Part shown: piece after piece, positions 50,787 to 64,000 of the stretch
Layout of the letters: every line of letters begins with the position of its first letter
How positions within the stretch are numbered: the first letter of the stretch is position 1
From: Eledone cirrhosa
Taxonomy: Eukaryota
Direction of reading: 5' to 3'
NCBI GenBank assembly: GCA_964016885.1
Contig: OZ024743.1
Location: 122,016,001 to 122,080,000 of the forward strand
DNA: 64,000 bases
The notes under the pieces: generated by a model
What the model was told of the DNA's origin: nothing
The model's database searches: none
Seen by the model: only the letters and a program-made list of their open reading frames with translations
Made by a program: the position numbers and the translations under genes

Positions 50787-51183
50787 TATATATACAAAGC
50801 GAAACCTACAGTCAGTAGGCACCTCTAACAAAAATACGCCCAGGCCCCACTACCCCCACCCCATCCACACCACCCCTTCCAATGGAAAGTTATGTTGGTA
50901 CCACAACATCCAGTCCGAAACAAATGAGGTCGTGTAGGTGTCACAACAAAAAAACACAGTCCACGCTGTAATGTGGCCGTGTAGGTAACACGGTAAAAAC
51001 CTCCCAGTCCACACTGTAAACGTGGTTGGTGTTAGGAAGGGCATCCAGCCGTAGAAAACCCGCCAGACAGTCCTATACAAGCAAGACAACCAATCTTGCC
51101 TCAAGTGGGAACATTCCCGTCCAAACCCATGCTAGCGTGGAAGATGGACGTTAAACGATGATGATGATGATGATGATGATGAT
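50787..51183 (+). mobile_element. 5'-truncated copy of the same RTE family (last codons + 3' UTR + (GAT)n)
   Basis: Aligns by eye with 61955-62335 (cagtaggcacctctaacaaaaatac...ccaccccatccacaccacccc...gacgttaaacgatgatgat). Inserted in TA repeat. Confidence 0.9.
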
Positions 51184-51454
51184 ATATATATATATTATAT
51201 TGATATTCTGTGATATTGGGACCAAGGAGACCACACATCAGAAAAATACTCAATACATGGTATGATGCAGAGTGGGCATATTAGTAAAAGTTACCAGTTA
51301 CCTCTTTTAGGGGTAACTAGCCGAAGACACCAAGCTTGCAGTCGATCCTCTGCTATTTCTAATACACTTAACATGTATACATGACCTTAGGTTTGAGAGT
51401 CTATTTATGGCTACCACTGTGTAGTGGAGGAGTCATTTTAAAAACTGATAAGAG

Positions 51455-51704
51455 CTGAGCTGGTGCTTATCCCAGTTTCAGAGCATGAAGCGACTGAGAA
51501 TACAGGACTTCCCCCTGGACAGGATGCCAGTCCATTGCAGGGTTAAACCCCCTAACTATTGCTGGTATTCATTTTCAGCTGAGTATACTGGAGCAATGTG
51601 AAATGAAATGTTTTGCTCAAGAACACAACACGCAACCCAGCCCAGGAATCGAACCCACTACATTATGATTGTAAGTCCAGCACCCTTACCACTAGGCCAC
51701 ATGC
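51455..51704 (-). mobile_element. CORE-like tRNA SINE, third variant
   Basis: ctggagcaatgtgaaatgaaatgttttgctcaagaacacaac core plus a tRNA-like head ending ccactaggccacatgc. Confidence 0.7.
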
Positions 51705-52123
51705 TTTATGAATGTGTAGTCAAGGTCATAATCAACACACCTATATACATCAACGAGGTGCTGCATTACCATGTTGTACATAGGAAAATCAGTACCCTTT
51801 GGGGGACAAACCTTAATTTTTAACCTGGGCACAACGCATCTTCAATGATATTGGTGATATATGAAAAAGAAAGGAAAGGAGCTGATCATCAGATCTAATG
51901 AAAGAAATAATGTTTTCATTGGTCTTTCCATTACTGATACTATCAGAGCACAATGAACCAGAACAAATACAAAGGTATCTAACCACATGTATTGATTTAT
52001 TCTATGATAAATGTATATATAACTCCTTTTTCTATTAGTTCGTTTCTTTTGTAAACCATTTATCAATTTTTCATTATTCATTATATACATTATATTTATG
52101 TTCATTATATATTTATTTATTAT

Positions 52124-52312
52124 AGGCGGTTGATTGGCAGTATCGCTAGAGGGTCGGATGCCATGCTTTCCAGCATAGTTACGTCCCTTTACGATCTGAG
52201 TTCAAATCCCGCCGAGGTTGACTTTGCCTTTCATCCTTACGGGGTCGATAAAATAAAGTACCAGTAATGCACTGGGCAATTGCTGGCCTTGTGCCTAAAG
52301 TAGAAACAATTA
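52124..52312 (+). mobile_element. Meta-domain-like SINE
   Basis: Same consensus. Confidence 0.85.
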
Positions 52313-53296
52313 TATATTTATTTGGATAGTTTTGCTTCCTCATTCAAATACTAATCTAATTTGTGTACAGTTGTTTTTAATTACCTTAAAACTTAGATTC
52401 ACAATAAAACATAGTGGTAAAATAGTAATCATTGTCTTGTTTGTATGTTTCAAAAGATAAATTATTATATATCAATATATATATTTTTAAACTAACAAAT
52501 TTTACTTCGAAATTTCTGGTTTAGAAAGATATTGTACAGCTGTTTGGCATGGGCGTGTCTGTTGAGCTATTGATTATATCTGTTCAGTTTCTATCTACAG
52601 GTTTGTATTTAATAAGTTTGTGGCATACTGGTAAAAATATTGATTTCTAACTTAGGCATAAGGTTAACAAACTCTTTAAAGAAAGAAAAGTTGATTAAAT
52701 CAACTATACTACTTGACTGGTTCATTTCTTTTTACCCAGAAGGATAAAAAGTAAAGTTGGCCCATTTGCATTATGACCATGGAGGTCTGTGTCCATTGTT
52801 TGTATATTTGTTTGTATATTTATTTAAAAAAAAAATTTTTTTTAAGGTTTTCCCTTAAAAAATTGTTTTTTGTTTTGTTTTGTTTCCATTCACTGTCTTG
52901 TCCTTTCTTTGATAATTTTCTTAAGTTTATATATTCGGAAACATTTTTTCACGCTTAGAGTTGCTGAAGCATGGAACAAATTGCCTGCGTCAGTTGTTAG
53001 CTGCATCCTTTAAAACCCTCATGCCTCCCGAAATTCGCCAAAACTACACCTGATGTCCCCCTTCCATACACATACACACATGCACTGTTCATTTTCCTGA
53101 CGTTTGTACATTACCCTATGTACTATACATACACTTTTGATGAGTTGTAGTGCACCTGAGCACTGTACACACTATTTTCATTATTATTTCATATATGACT
53201 TTAACACCTGAGTTGCTAGGGCAAGAAATAAAATTCTAATTTTATTTATATATATATATAGTATGTGTGCTCTTGCATAGCGGTATACATATTAAT

Positions 53297-53507
53297 GCAT
53301 GTATTGTATATTGAATAATATATAAGATGTTTATGAAATCATTTCAAGGCCTTTTGCTATGAATTGTTAAGGTTGTGACTCACCAACCTCAGCAAAAGCT
53401 TTTGCTGAGGTTATGTGGGGGATGTCTGTCACAACCTTAACAATTCATAGCAAAAGGCCTTCAAATGTTTTTCATAAACATCCTGTATATTATTCAATAC
53501 ACAATAT
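53297..53507. repeat. Imperfect fold-back element with central perfect hairpin
   Basis: Arms aggccttttgctatgaattgttaaggttgtgac / gtcacaaccttaacaattcatagcaaaaggcct. Inner aacctcagcaaaagcttttgctgaggtt. Confidence 0.85.
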
Positions 53508-54544
53508 GTACATTTATATATATATACATGTATGTGTATGTGTGAATAGGCAGAGTTGCTAGAACATGGGATAGAAGACTTCATGTTGTTGGTTTTAGCT
53601 CTCTGTGGTCTGGTTTCAACTTTACCTTACATCCTTTTGAAGTTGATAAACAAAGTACCAGTCAACTACTGGAGTCGATTCTTCCTTTATATCTCCTTTT
53701 GACTTTCTCTCTCCTGCTTTCACATTTTCTGGAAGAAATTGGCTGTGTTCACACCTGGAGAGAGACAGCCTCTGCCAGATTTAAATGCCCAAGAAATGCT
53801 GTATATCATTATGGCACCCCTACAACTCAGGTGTTAAAGTGTTATGCATATATATATATAGAGAGAGACAGTTGGAACTCAACAGCCAAGCTCTTGCCGT
53901 TTCAACAGTAAATTCCAGACAGTCTGGAATTTGCTGTCAAAATGGCAAGAGCTCAGCCATCAGGTCCTGACTCTCTACTATCCCAAGTATCAAGTACTCT
54001 GCTGAATAATGGTCTTACTGGTTTAAACTGGTAAAATCTAACCTATATATATATATATATATATCAAATGGTTTTATGAAGAGAATCAGAACGAAACCAC
54101 AGTTAAATAAGGTACTCAATACATTAGTAGAGAAAATACATATTTATTTCTTATAGAAATAAATTCAACAAGATTAGAACTGTTTCATTCATTTGAAAGC
54201 ATTAGAAGTTCCTGATGATTTAAAATGAATGAAACAGTTCTAGTCTGTCAAAGTTATTTCTATTATACACACACACACACATACATTTATTTGTATGAAT
54301 TTGTATAAATTTATACAACTTTGCCTTTCAAAGTTGATAAAAAAAAAGTACCAATCCAGTATTAGAGTCTATTCTTCCTCTAATCTATTTATTTCCTCTC
54401 TCCTTTTCTGGAAGAAATTGGCTGCATTCATACCTGGGGAGGCAATAGCCTCCACCAGGTTTAGTGTGTCTAAGACATGCTGTATATCATGATGGCACTA
54501 CTTTGATTCCACCAGGAGTTACAGGTCCTTACATATTTACATAT

Positions 54545-54865
54545 CATTATCATCATCATCATCATTTAACATCCATTTTCCATGCTAGTGTGGGTAGGAC
54601 AGGCCGTCCCTTTGTGGGATCTGGTCGGAGGACCTTGTTTTGCTCACACAGGACTGATTTTGGTTTGGTTTCTATGCTGGATGCCCTTCCTAACACCAAC
54701 CACATTTACAGTGTGCGCTGGGTGCTTTCTATCGTGGCACCTACATGACCACTTTACAGTGTGAACTGGACACTTTTTGTTGTGTTGGTATCACAACCAC
54801 TTTACAGTGTGGGCTGGGCACTTTTGTTGTGTTGGCAACATGGCCACTTTACAGTGTGGGCTGGA
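54545..54865 (-). mobile_element. RTE-type 3' UTR fragment with ~4 internal ACTTTACAGTGTG sub-repeats
   Basis: (CAT)n tail, atgcccttcctaacaccaaccac motif and tandem ~45-bp subunits. Confidence 0.75.
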
Positions 54866-54959
54866 GTCTTCGTTTCAGTTAATCCACTATGGAAAAGAAG
54901 ATGCACAAGCTACCATATTCTCTTCCCTTGTGGCATCCAATAACATGAGACCTCAGTGT

Positions 54960-55500
54960 AACTGTTGATAATAACTTAAGCTAGAGTGCCCACATCAACA
55001 ACAAAGTTAACACAACCTGCAGGATGTGTTCCTGGATCTTTAGAATTTTCTGGTTCAAGGATATCGATAACATTATCTTTCTCTTCCCTTCCTTTGCCTG
55101 GCCCCACTTTCAATACTGTTGCCTGCTGTGGTTTCCTCACACAAAACAAAGTATTATAAAAATTGAAGCAATCCAGAGATCAATTAGAAAAAAAACAGTA
55201 TTACATTTGAATTCTGGAATTGACTCAAAAAGCTCAAATTCTAATTTTTCCAATGGCTCCACAAGTGTTACATCATTTGCATAATATGGAAAATATTCTA
55301 ACCATATTGGCTAAACAATGCTGGCATTAACTTAAAAAATCCACCTAAGGCTTGGTCCTTGTGTCATCCATCTCCGACAAAAATCGAGCTTGCATCAAAT
55401 AACATTACAACAGAACTATTTCACTTCAACTGACCCTGGTCTATTTAATATCATACTGAAACACATAAAGGAAACAAAAGACCCCATAATTTTCAAATCC
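54960..55500 (+). pseudogene. Degenerate CR1-like RT C-terminal fragment
   Basis: SFAWPHFQYCCLLWFPHTKQSIIKIEAIQR matches the RPHLEY...W.P...IE.VQR motif. Stops and frameshifts present. Confidence 0.65.
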
Positions 55501-55929
55501 CACATAATCTACCTACAACTGTTTCTGCCAATAACTATTTACCATGGTGTCTAAAATATGATTGAAACATAAAGCATGGCTTAAAATAATTCACCAGATG
55601 GTGTTATTAAGTTAGACATGATTTGATATACATGTATATATACATACATATATAATTCACTAAATATATATATATATACACACACACACCCACACAAATA
55701 CATACTGTGACTTATTCTGCATATGTCAGTGTTGCTGCCTTCGTTTGTGTTTTGCTGGTGATTATGTTTTATAACTCAGCTCTTCAACAAAAAGAGAATG
55801 ATAAAATTGAGTACTGCCATTGATATGATCGACTAAACCAAATAAATTTTCTAGCATGGCATCAGTCTGAATATAAAAGAATATATATATGGAGAAAGGA
55901 TGAAGGAAGTAAACAAGAAAAATAGAACT

Positions 55930-56512
55930 TTAGCATCATATGAATCATCAGCTTCCTTCTAGACAAGCATGGTTTCTTGCAGAAAAAAAATGGAGGACTT
56001 TGTATATAAGGCTAAATTGCTGTAGTTCTGACGCTGGAATAGGGAAACATGTTACTACAAACAAGCTTTCTTGACAGGACAAGATGGCTGAGCTAAGTGA
56101 GCCTGATGAGTTGATCTTTTCTTCACGAGCAATTCTTGAATTTCTTTGTTGTTTTCATCAAACCAGTCTTTGTTCTTCTTTGAGGTGAACCCAAGGAACT
56201 CCCCAGATGTCTGCAGAATGGCAGTGATACGAGGACTGTTTGAAAAAATCCCTTGGTGCCTGTAACATTGACCATCGCTGGTGGTTCACTCTAGCTGAGA
56301 ATTGTGATGCTGTCACTCCTTCAGAAACACCCCCTCAAAAACAAAAGGCACAGGAGGAAGAACCACAACACCAAGTCATCAAACTGTGACCAGACCTTCA
56401 GCTGCAGCCACTTGCCCTGCATTGGCCTGAACAGCCACGAGCATTCCTGCAGTCAATGTGGACCACCCCCTTCATAATCTTTGTTTGTGAAGCCAAGTCA
56501 TGATGATGATGA
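55930..56512. mobile_element. BovB-like RTE relic with inverted 5' part
   Basis: Minus strand ~55930-56230 reads LGFTSKKNKDWFDENNKEIQELL. Plus strand ~56290-56512 is the Zn-finger-like C-terminus, 3' UTR and (GAT)n tail. Confidence 0.6.
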
Positions 56513-56513
56513 C

Positions 56514-56549
<36 letters not shown>

Positions 56550-56659
56550 TAATATAGATGAGATTCTACAGGACTAGAACTGTTTCATTCATTAGAAATC
56601 TCTGCTATGTATTGAGTACCTTACTTACTGTGGTTACCCCCGATTCAACCCGGAATAAC

Positions 56660-56660
<1 letters not shown>

Positions 56661-56710
<50 letters not shown>

Positions 56711-56810
56711 CATATATATATATACATATATATATATATACATATATATATATACATATACATATATATATATACATATACATATATATATATACATATA
56801 TATATATGCA

Positions 56811-56842
<32 letters not shown>

Positions 56843-56891
56843 CATATATATATATACATATATATATATACATATATATATACATATATAA

Positions 56892-56984
<93 letters not shown>

Positions 56985-56995
56985 CATATATACAT

Positions 56996-57038
<43 letters not shown>

Positions 57039-57257
57039 TATACATATACATATATACATATATATACATATATATATACATATATATATATATATTTCGT
57101 TTCTGAATTTGTTTAGCAAGATTCTTTATCTGAAATCGTGTGTTGAAACCGATATTGTTATACTTTGGGAGGGTCATGTTGCCAATAAGAAACACACGCA
57201 CCAGTTGCTTTCACTTCAATTTATTATATATTTATAAATTTATAAATTTACAAATAT

Positions 57258-57302
<45 letters not shown>

Positions 57303-57493
57303 CATATACATATATATATACATATATATATATACATATATATATATATACATATATATATATACATATATATATATACATATATATATATACATATATA
57401 TATATACATATATACATATATATATACATATATACATATACATATATATATATATATATATACATATATACATATATATATATACATATATAT

Positions 57494-57528
<35 letters not shown>

Positions 57529-57537
57529 CATATATAT

Positions 57538-57568
<31 letters not shown>

Positions 57569-57591
57569 TACATATATATATACATATATAC

Positions 57592-57666
<75 letters not shown>

Positions 57667-58233
57667 CATATATACATATATATATATATATACATACATA
57701 TATATATATACATACATATATATATATAGATATATATATATATATACATATATATATATTTATACACATATACATATATATTTATACATATATACATATA
57801 TATATACATATATATGTAAAGTGGACGTGTAGGCGCCACGGCAAAAAAGCACCCAACACTCACTGTAAATGAGGTTGGTGTTAGGAAGGGCATCCAGCTG
57901 TAGAAATCAAGCCAGAATCAGTTCCCGTCCCACCCTTGCAAGCAGGGAAAAGCGGACGTAAAATGATGAAAAAAAATGAAAAAATTTATACATATATATA
58001 TATATATACATACATATATACATATATATACATATATATATATACACATATATATATATACATATACATATACACATATATATACACATATATATATATA
58101 TATACACATATATATATACATACACATATATATATATATACACATATATATATATATATACACATATATATATATATATACACATATATATATACACATA
58201 TATATATATACACATATATATATATATATACAC

Positions 58234-58264
<31 letters not shown>

Positions 58265-58331
58265 CACATATATATATATATACATATATATATACATACA
58301 TATATATATATATACATATATATATACATAC

Positions 58332-58362
<31 letters not shown>

Positions 58363-58379
58363 CATATATATATATACAC

Positions 58380-58476
<97 letters not shown>

Positions 58477-58493
58477 CATATATATATATACAC

Positions 58494-58526
<33 letters not shown>

Positions 58527-58543
58527 CATATATATATATACAC

Positions 58544-58596
<53 letters not shown>

Positions 58597-58629
58597 CACA
58601 TATATATATACATATATATATATATACAC

Positions 58630-58660
<31 letters not shown>

Positions 58661-58695
58661 CACATATATATATATATACATATATATATATACAC

Positions 58696-58744
<49 letters not shown>

Positions 58745-58747
58745 CAC
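56661..58747. repeat. Three (TA)n/(TACA) tracts separated by short inserts
   Basis: Tracts at ~56661-57095, 57255-57815 and 57988-58747. Confidence 0.95.
57816..57970 (+). mobile_element. 3' tail fragment of the same SINE, inserted in (TA)n
   Basis: Near-identical to 47351-47505. Confidence 0.85.
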
Positions 58748-61700
58748 GGAATCCTTGGAGAGTGGAAGGGAGAGAAAAATCTGGACGCCCAGAGCGAAAA
58801 TGCCAAAGTTAAAGTCAAATTCACCTCGTGGACGAGAATGCGAGCACTCCTCTTTGTTTCGTCCGCGGATGGCTAACATAACCCTATCTCCTCCCGCCCC
58901 CCCACCACCCCCACCCTCCAAACGCAACCCAAAACTTCAGAGTTGGTACCATAAATGTAGGCACCCTAAAGGGTCGCGCTAACGAGGTTGTAGAAATGCT
59001 TGAACGTAAGGAGGTCGATGTTTGTTGTATTCAAGAGACCAGGTGGAGGGGTGGGTCTGCTAGATTCATTGAGGGTAAAAAACGATGTTATAAGCTTTTC
59101 TGGGTGGGAAACGACGATGGGCTGGGTGGAGTAGGAATCATGGTAGCAGAAAAGTGGGCAGATAAGATAATAGACGTAAATAGAGTGAACGACAGAATAA
59201 TTAAAATAAGACTTGTCCTCAATAGAACTACGGTGACAGTAATATCTGCGTACGCACCCCAATCCGGACTGCCCGGCACTATAAAAGACAGATTCTATGA
59301 GACACTGTTGCTAACTACCTCCCAAATATCTGACAGTGACTATATAATTATTGCAGGCGACCTAAATGGTCACGTTGGACAACATTGTGACGGCTATGAC
59401 GAAATCCATGGAGGCTATGGGTTTGGTACTAGAAATGAGGAAGGCTCCAGAATTCTGGAATACTGTGATGCAAATAACCTAACTATCTGTAACACTAACT
59501 TCAAAAAACGTGACAATCACCTGATTACCTATAGATCCGGGGAACACACAAGCCAGGTAGATTATATCCTTACCAGAAGACGTGATAGAGTGTCTGTTGT
59601 AAACACTAAATCCCTCCCCCATGAAGAATGCACCTCCCAACATAGACTGATAATTAGCGACCTCATAGTCAGGACGAGACGCACCCGACAGCAGAAGAGG
59701 ACTATCCTCAGGAGGAAAATATGGAAACTAAAAGACCCCACAGCCAGAAATAAATTTCAAAGCATATTACTTGATGCTTTCGACAGTAAGGAAGAGCATC
59801 TAGAATCGGACAATATAGAGGGACAGTGGAAATTTCTGAAAGCTAACCTGCTGTTGGCGACAGACGAAGTCTGTGGCTGGAGCAGGCCTGTAGGCAGGAG
59901 GAGAGTAACATGGTGGTGGAACAGTAAGGTGGAGGGGTCAATTAAGGCCAAAAAGCAGGCTTGGAAAGTATGGCGGGATGGGGGAAGTAGAGTAGACTAT
60001 CAAGTGGCCAGGAGGGAAGCTAGGAGAGAAGTGTACTTAGCAAGAAGGGAAGCTGAGGAAAGAAAGTTCAAGCATGTTCTACAACGCGATGACCAAAAAC
60101 GTGAGGTGTTCAGGATTGCCAGGCAATGCGTCAAGGAAAACCGTGATATTGTCGGGGAGAAGTGTGTACTTAACGATGATGGCATACTTGCCGTCACCGA
60201 CACTGATAAGAAGGTAGCTTGGAAGTGTCACTATGAAAGGCTACTAAATGAGGAGAATAAATGGGAGAAAGACAGTCTCCCCCATATCGACCCGATAGAG
60301 GGACCAGCAGTGTTAGTCGAGGGGAGTATAATAAGTAAGGCAATCAAGGATATGAAGACTGGTAAGGCGGCTGGGCCTCCGGAAATAGTTGCTGAGATGC
60401 TGAAGGCATCTGGCACGGTGGGACACACCATGGTCACCCGCATAGTTAACCAAGTCGTACAGAATGGGGTTGTTCCGAAGGACTGGCATAGCAGCATCAT
60501 CGTTAACTGTTATAAGGGTAAAGGAGACGCCCTAGATAGGAGTAACTATAGAGGCATTAAATTAATCGACCAGGTCATGAAGGTCACGGAAAAAGTAATA
60601 GCGCAACTAATCAGAGAGAGAATTGATCTAGATGAAATGCAGTTCGGGTTTGTGTCAGGCAAAAGCACCACAGACGCTCTTTTCATAGTACGACAACTAC
60701 AGGAGAAGTACCTAGCTAAAGGTAAACCCCTCTACTTAGCTTTTGTCGACCTGGAGAAAGCCTTCGACAGAGTCCCCCGCTCCATTATCTGGTGGGCTCT
60801 TAGAAAACTAGGCGTTGACGAATGGCTTGTGAGGGCTATACAAGCCATGTATAAAGAAACAGTCAGCAAGGTTAGAATTAACAACGAATATAGTGAAGAG
60901 TTTAGCGTAAAAGTTGGCGTCCATCAGGGCTCTGTTCTCAGCCCCCTACTATTTATTATTGCCCTTCAGGCTATAACAGAGGAGTTCAAGACAGGCTGCC
61001 CATGGGAACTCCTATACGCAGACGACCTGACACTCATAGCGGAATCAATGGCCGAGCTAGAGAAGAAATTCCAAACATGGAAGCACGGCCTAGAGTCAAA
61101 AGGACTTAAAATTAACCTGGCTAAGACCAAAGTTCTAGTTTGTAGGAAAGAAAACAAGGCGGCGGTCCCTTCTGGGAAATGGTCGTGCTCGGTATGTAGG
61201 AAAGGCGTAGGTAGAAACTCCATCTTATGTCCTAAATGCAAAGTATGGGTGCATAAAAGATGTAGTGGGATCACAGGTAAGCTAACTAAGAACATAGACT
61301 TTACATGTGGCCGGTGTTCTGGTGCAATAAGTAGCAGCAAGTGCCCACAAAATACTAGCTCTTTCAATTGCGCAGAGGGTTTTATAGAAATAGTGGACAG
61401 CTTCCGTTACCTGGGCGATAAAATCAGCAGTGGGGGAGGGTGCTCTGAAAGTACTGTAGCTAGAGTCAGAACTGGTTGGAAAAAGTTCAGAGAGCTTATA
61501 CCACTATTAGCTGCTAAAGGGTTCTCCCTAAAAATGAAAGGCAGGTTGTACGATGCCTGCATACGAACAGCAATGTTGCATGGTAGTGAGACCTGGGCAT
61601 TGTGTGCAGAGGATATACGCAGACTAGAGAGGAACGAAGCTTGCATGCTCCGCTGGATGTGTAACAGTAATATACGTGAACGGCAAAGCATAAACGAACT

Positions 61701-62335
61701 AAGGAAAAAATTAGAGATAAGAGGGATCAGATGTTGTTTACTCGAGAGAAGGCTGCGTTGGTATGGACACGTGATGCGCATGAAAGTCGATAGCTGTATT
61801 ACAAAGTGCAGGGCAATAAAGATAGACGGTAGCCACGGAATAGGCAGACCTAGAAAAACATGGGATGAGCTGATAAACTCCGACCTCACACACTTACACC
61901 TCTCCAAGACAATGTCACTGGACCGTGACCTTTGGCGGTACTCAGTAACAGAGAAGACCCGCCTTGCCAGTAGGCATCTCTAACAAAATACACCCCTCCC
62001 GCCGCCACCCCCACCCCATCCACACCACCCCGTTCTATGTAAAGTTATGTTGGTGCCGCGCCATCCAGGCCGAAACAAATGAGATCGTGTAGGTGTCACG
62101 ACAAAAAAACACACAGTCCACGCTGTAATGTGGCCGTGTAGGCAACACGGTAAAAACCTCCCAGACCCACACTGTAAATGTGGTTGGTGTTAGGAAGGGC
62201 ATCCAACTGTAGAAAACCTGCCAGACAGTCCTATGCGAGCAAGACAATCACTCTTGCCTCAAGTGGGACTACCCCCGTCCAAACCCATGCAAGCGTGGAA
62301 CACGGACGTTAAACGTTGATGATGATGATGATGAT
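58748..62335 (+). mobile_element. Near full-length RTE-clade non-LTR retrotransposon (LINE)
   Basis: GC-richer ~3.6-kb block with a single APE+RT ORF, a ~350-bp 3' UTR and a (GAT)n tail after GACGTTAAAC. Flanked both sides by (TA)n/(CA) microsatellite. Confidence 0.95.
58996..61983 (+). CDS. RTE ORF: apurinic-like endonuclease + reverse transcriptase with inserted PHD-like finger
   Basis: APE motifs QETRW, YAPQ, GDLNGHVG, QVDYIL, SQH. RT motifs NYRGIKL, QFGF, FVDLEKAFD, GVHQGSVLSP, YADD, FRYLG. C-terminal RRLRWYGHV and GRPRKTW. The frame is open upstream to 58882 and contains [10 protein letters not shown]. Confidence 0.95.
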   Translation: MLERKEVDVCCIQETRWRGGSARFIEGKKRCYKLFWVGNDDGLGGVGIMVAEKWADKIIDVNRVNDRIIKIRLVLNRTTVTVISAYAPQSGLPGTIKDRFYETLLLTTSQISDSDYIIIAGDLNGHVGQHCDGYDEIHGGYGFGTRNEEGSRILEYCDANNLTICNTNFKKRDNHLITYRSGEHTSQVDYILTRRRDRVSVVNTKSLPHEECTSQHRLIISDLIVRTRRTRQQKRTILRRKIWKLKDPTARNKFQSILLDAFDSKEEHLESDNIEGQWKFLKANLLLATDEVCGWSRPVGRRRVTWWWNSKVEGSIKAKKQAWKVWRDGGSRVDYQVARREARREVYLARREAEERKFKHVLQRDDQKREVFRIARQCVKENRDIVGEKCVLNDDGILAVTDTDKKVAWKCHYERLLNEENKWEKDSLPHIDPIEGPAVLVEGSIISKAIKDMKTGKAAGPPEIVAEMLKASGTVGHTMVTRIVNQVVQNGVVPKDWHSSIIVNCYKGKGDALDRSNYRGIKLIDQVMKVTEKVIAQLIRERIDLDEMQFGFVSGKSTTDALFIVRQLQEKYLAKGKPLYLAFVDLEKAFDRVPRSIIWWALRKLGVDEWLVRAIQAMYKETVSKVRINNEYSEEFSVKVGVHQGSVLSPLLFIIALQAITEEFKTGCPWELLYADDLTLIAESMAELEKKFQTWKHGLESKGLKINLAKTKVLVCRKENKAAVPSGKWSCSVCRKGVGRNSILCPKCKVWVHKRCSGITGKLTKNIDFTCGRCSGAISSSKCPQNTSSFNCAEGFIEIVDSFRYLGDKISSGGGCSESTVARVRTGWKKFRELIPLLAAKGFSLKMKGRLYDACIRTAMLHGSETWALCAEDIRRLERNEACMLRWMCNSNIRERQSINELRKKLEIRGIRCCLLERRLRWYGHVMRMKVDSCITKCRAIKIDGSHGIGRPRKTWDELINSDLTHLHLSKTMSLDRDLWRYSVTEKTRLASRHL

Positions 62336-63663
<1,328 letters not shown>

Positions 63664-63671
63664 ATCTATCT

Positions 63672-63824
63672 AAGGCGGGTAAAATTCCCGAGATCCATGA
63701 ACGAGTTCTCTCCAGCGGTCTCTGTCCCTCATTATCGCTGCCATATCCTGCATCTCCAACAGACCAGTGTCTGTCCTTAGGCATCAACATATGTTAACCT
63801 TGGTCTTCCTCTTCTAGTGTGTCC

Positions 63825-63827
<3 letters not shown>
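63672..63827 (-). pseudogene. 3' end of another RTE family
   Basis: Reads [15 protein letters not shown]...(frameshift)[21 protein letters not shown]. Confidence 0.65.
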
Positions 63828-63879
<52 letters not shown>

Positions 63880-64000
63880 CATATATATACATATATCTAA
63901 ACTACAGTAGGGACATTAAAGTGACTAAGTAAAGATTTTTTCCTTATCTTGTTTGTTTTCCCCATATATGATTTTATTGGGCTCTGAATCTGTTGATTTT

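Noticed and set aside
57125-57160. CTGAAAT...GAAACCGATA hammerhead-like string
   Set aside because: The core deviates from CUGANGA and no helix I or II can be formed.
59088-61907. Short antisense ORFs within the RTE (and similar ones within the giant ORF)
   Set aside because: Shadow ORFs on the opposite strand of real coding sequence, with no motifs.

Overview
AT-rich, repeat-dense eukaryotic (animal) genomic DNA. The SINE/RTE/CR1 repertoire and very long (TA)n tracts suggest a cephalopod such as Octopus; this is an inference. There are two real coding regions. The first is an uninterrupted 7.56-kb minus-strand ORF (ATG 29025 to TAG 21466, about 2519 aa). It encodes a low-complexity, probably disordered protein with about 55 tandem 11/9-aa repeats, and candidate phase-1 micro-exons lie downstream. 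The second is a near-intact ~3.6-kb RTE-clade LINE (58748-62335) inserted in a (TA)n sea. Its APE-RT ORF carries a C4HC3 PHD-like finger inside the RT region and lacks an in-frame ATG before the first endonuclease motif. The rest is intron/intergenic sequence with two tRNA-headed SINE groups (several with clear TSDs), RTE and CR1 3' tails, piggyBac-like MITEs and old LINE relics. There are also several long fold-back palindromes, two of which carry complete minimal hammerhead-ribozyme folds on both arms. The long Y/I/M/C/H-rich ORFs in the track are microsatellite artefacts.
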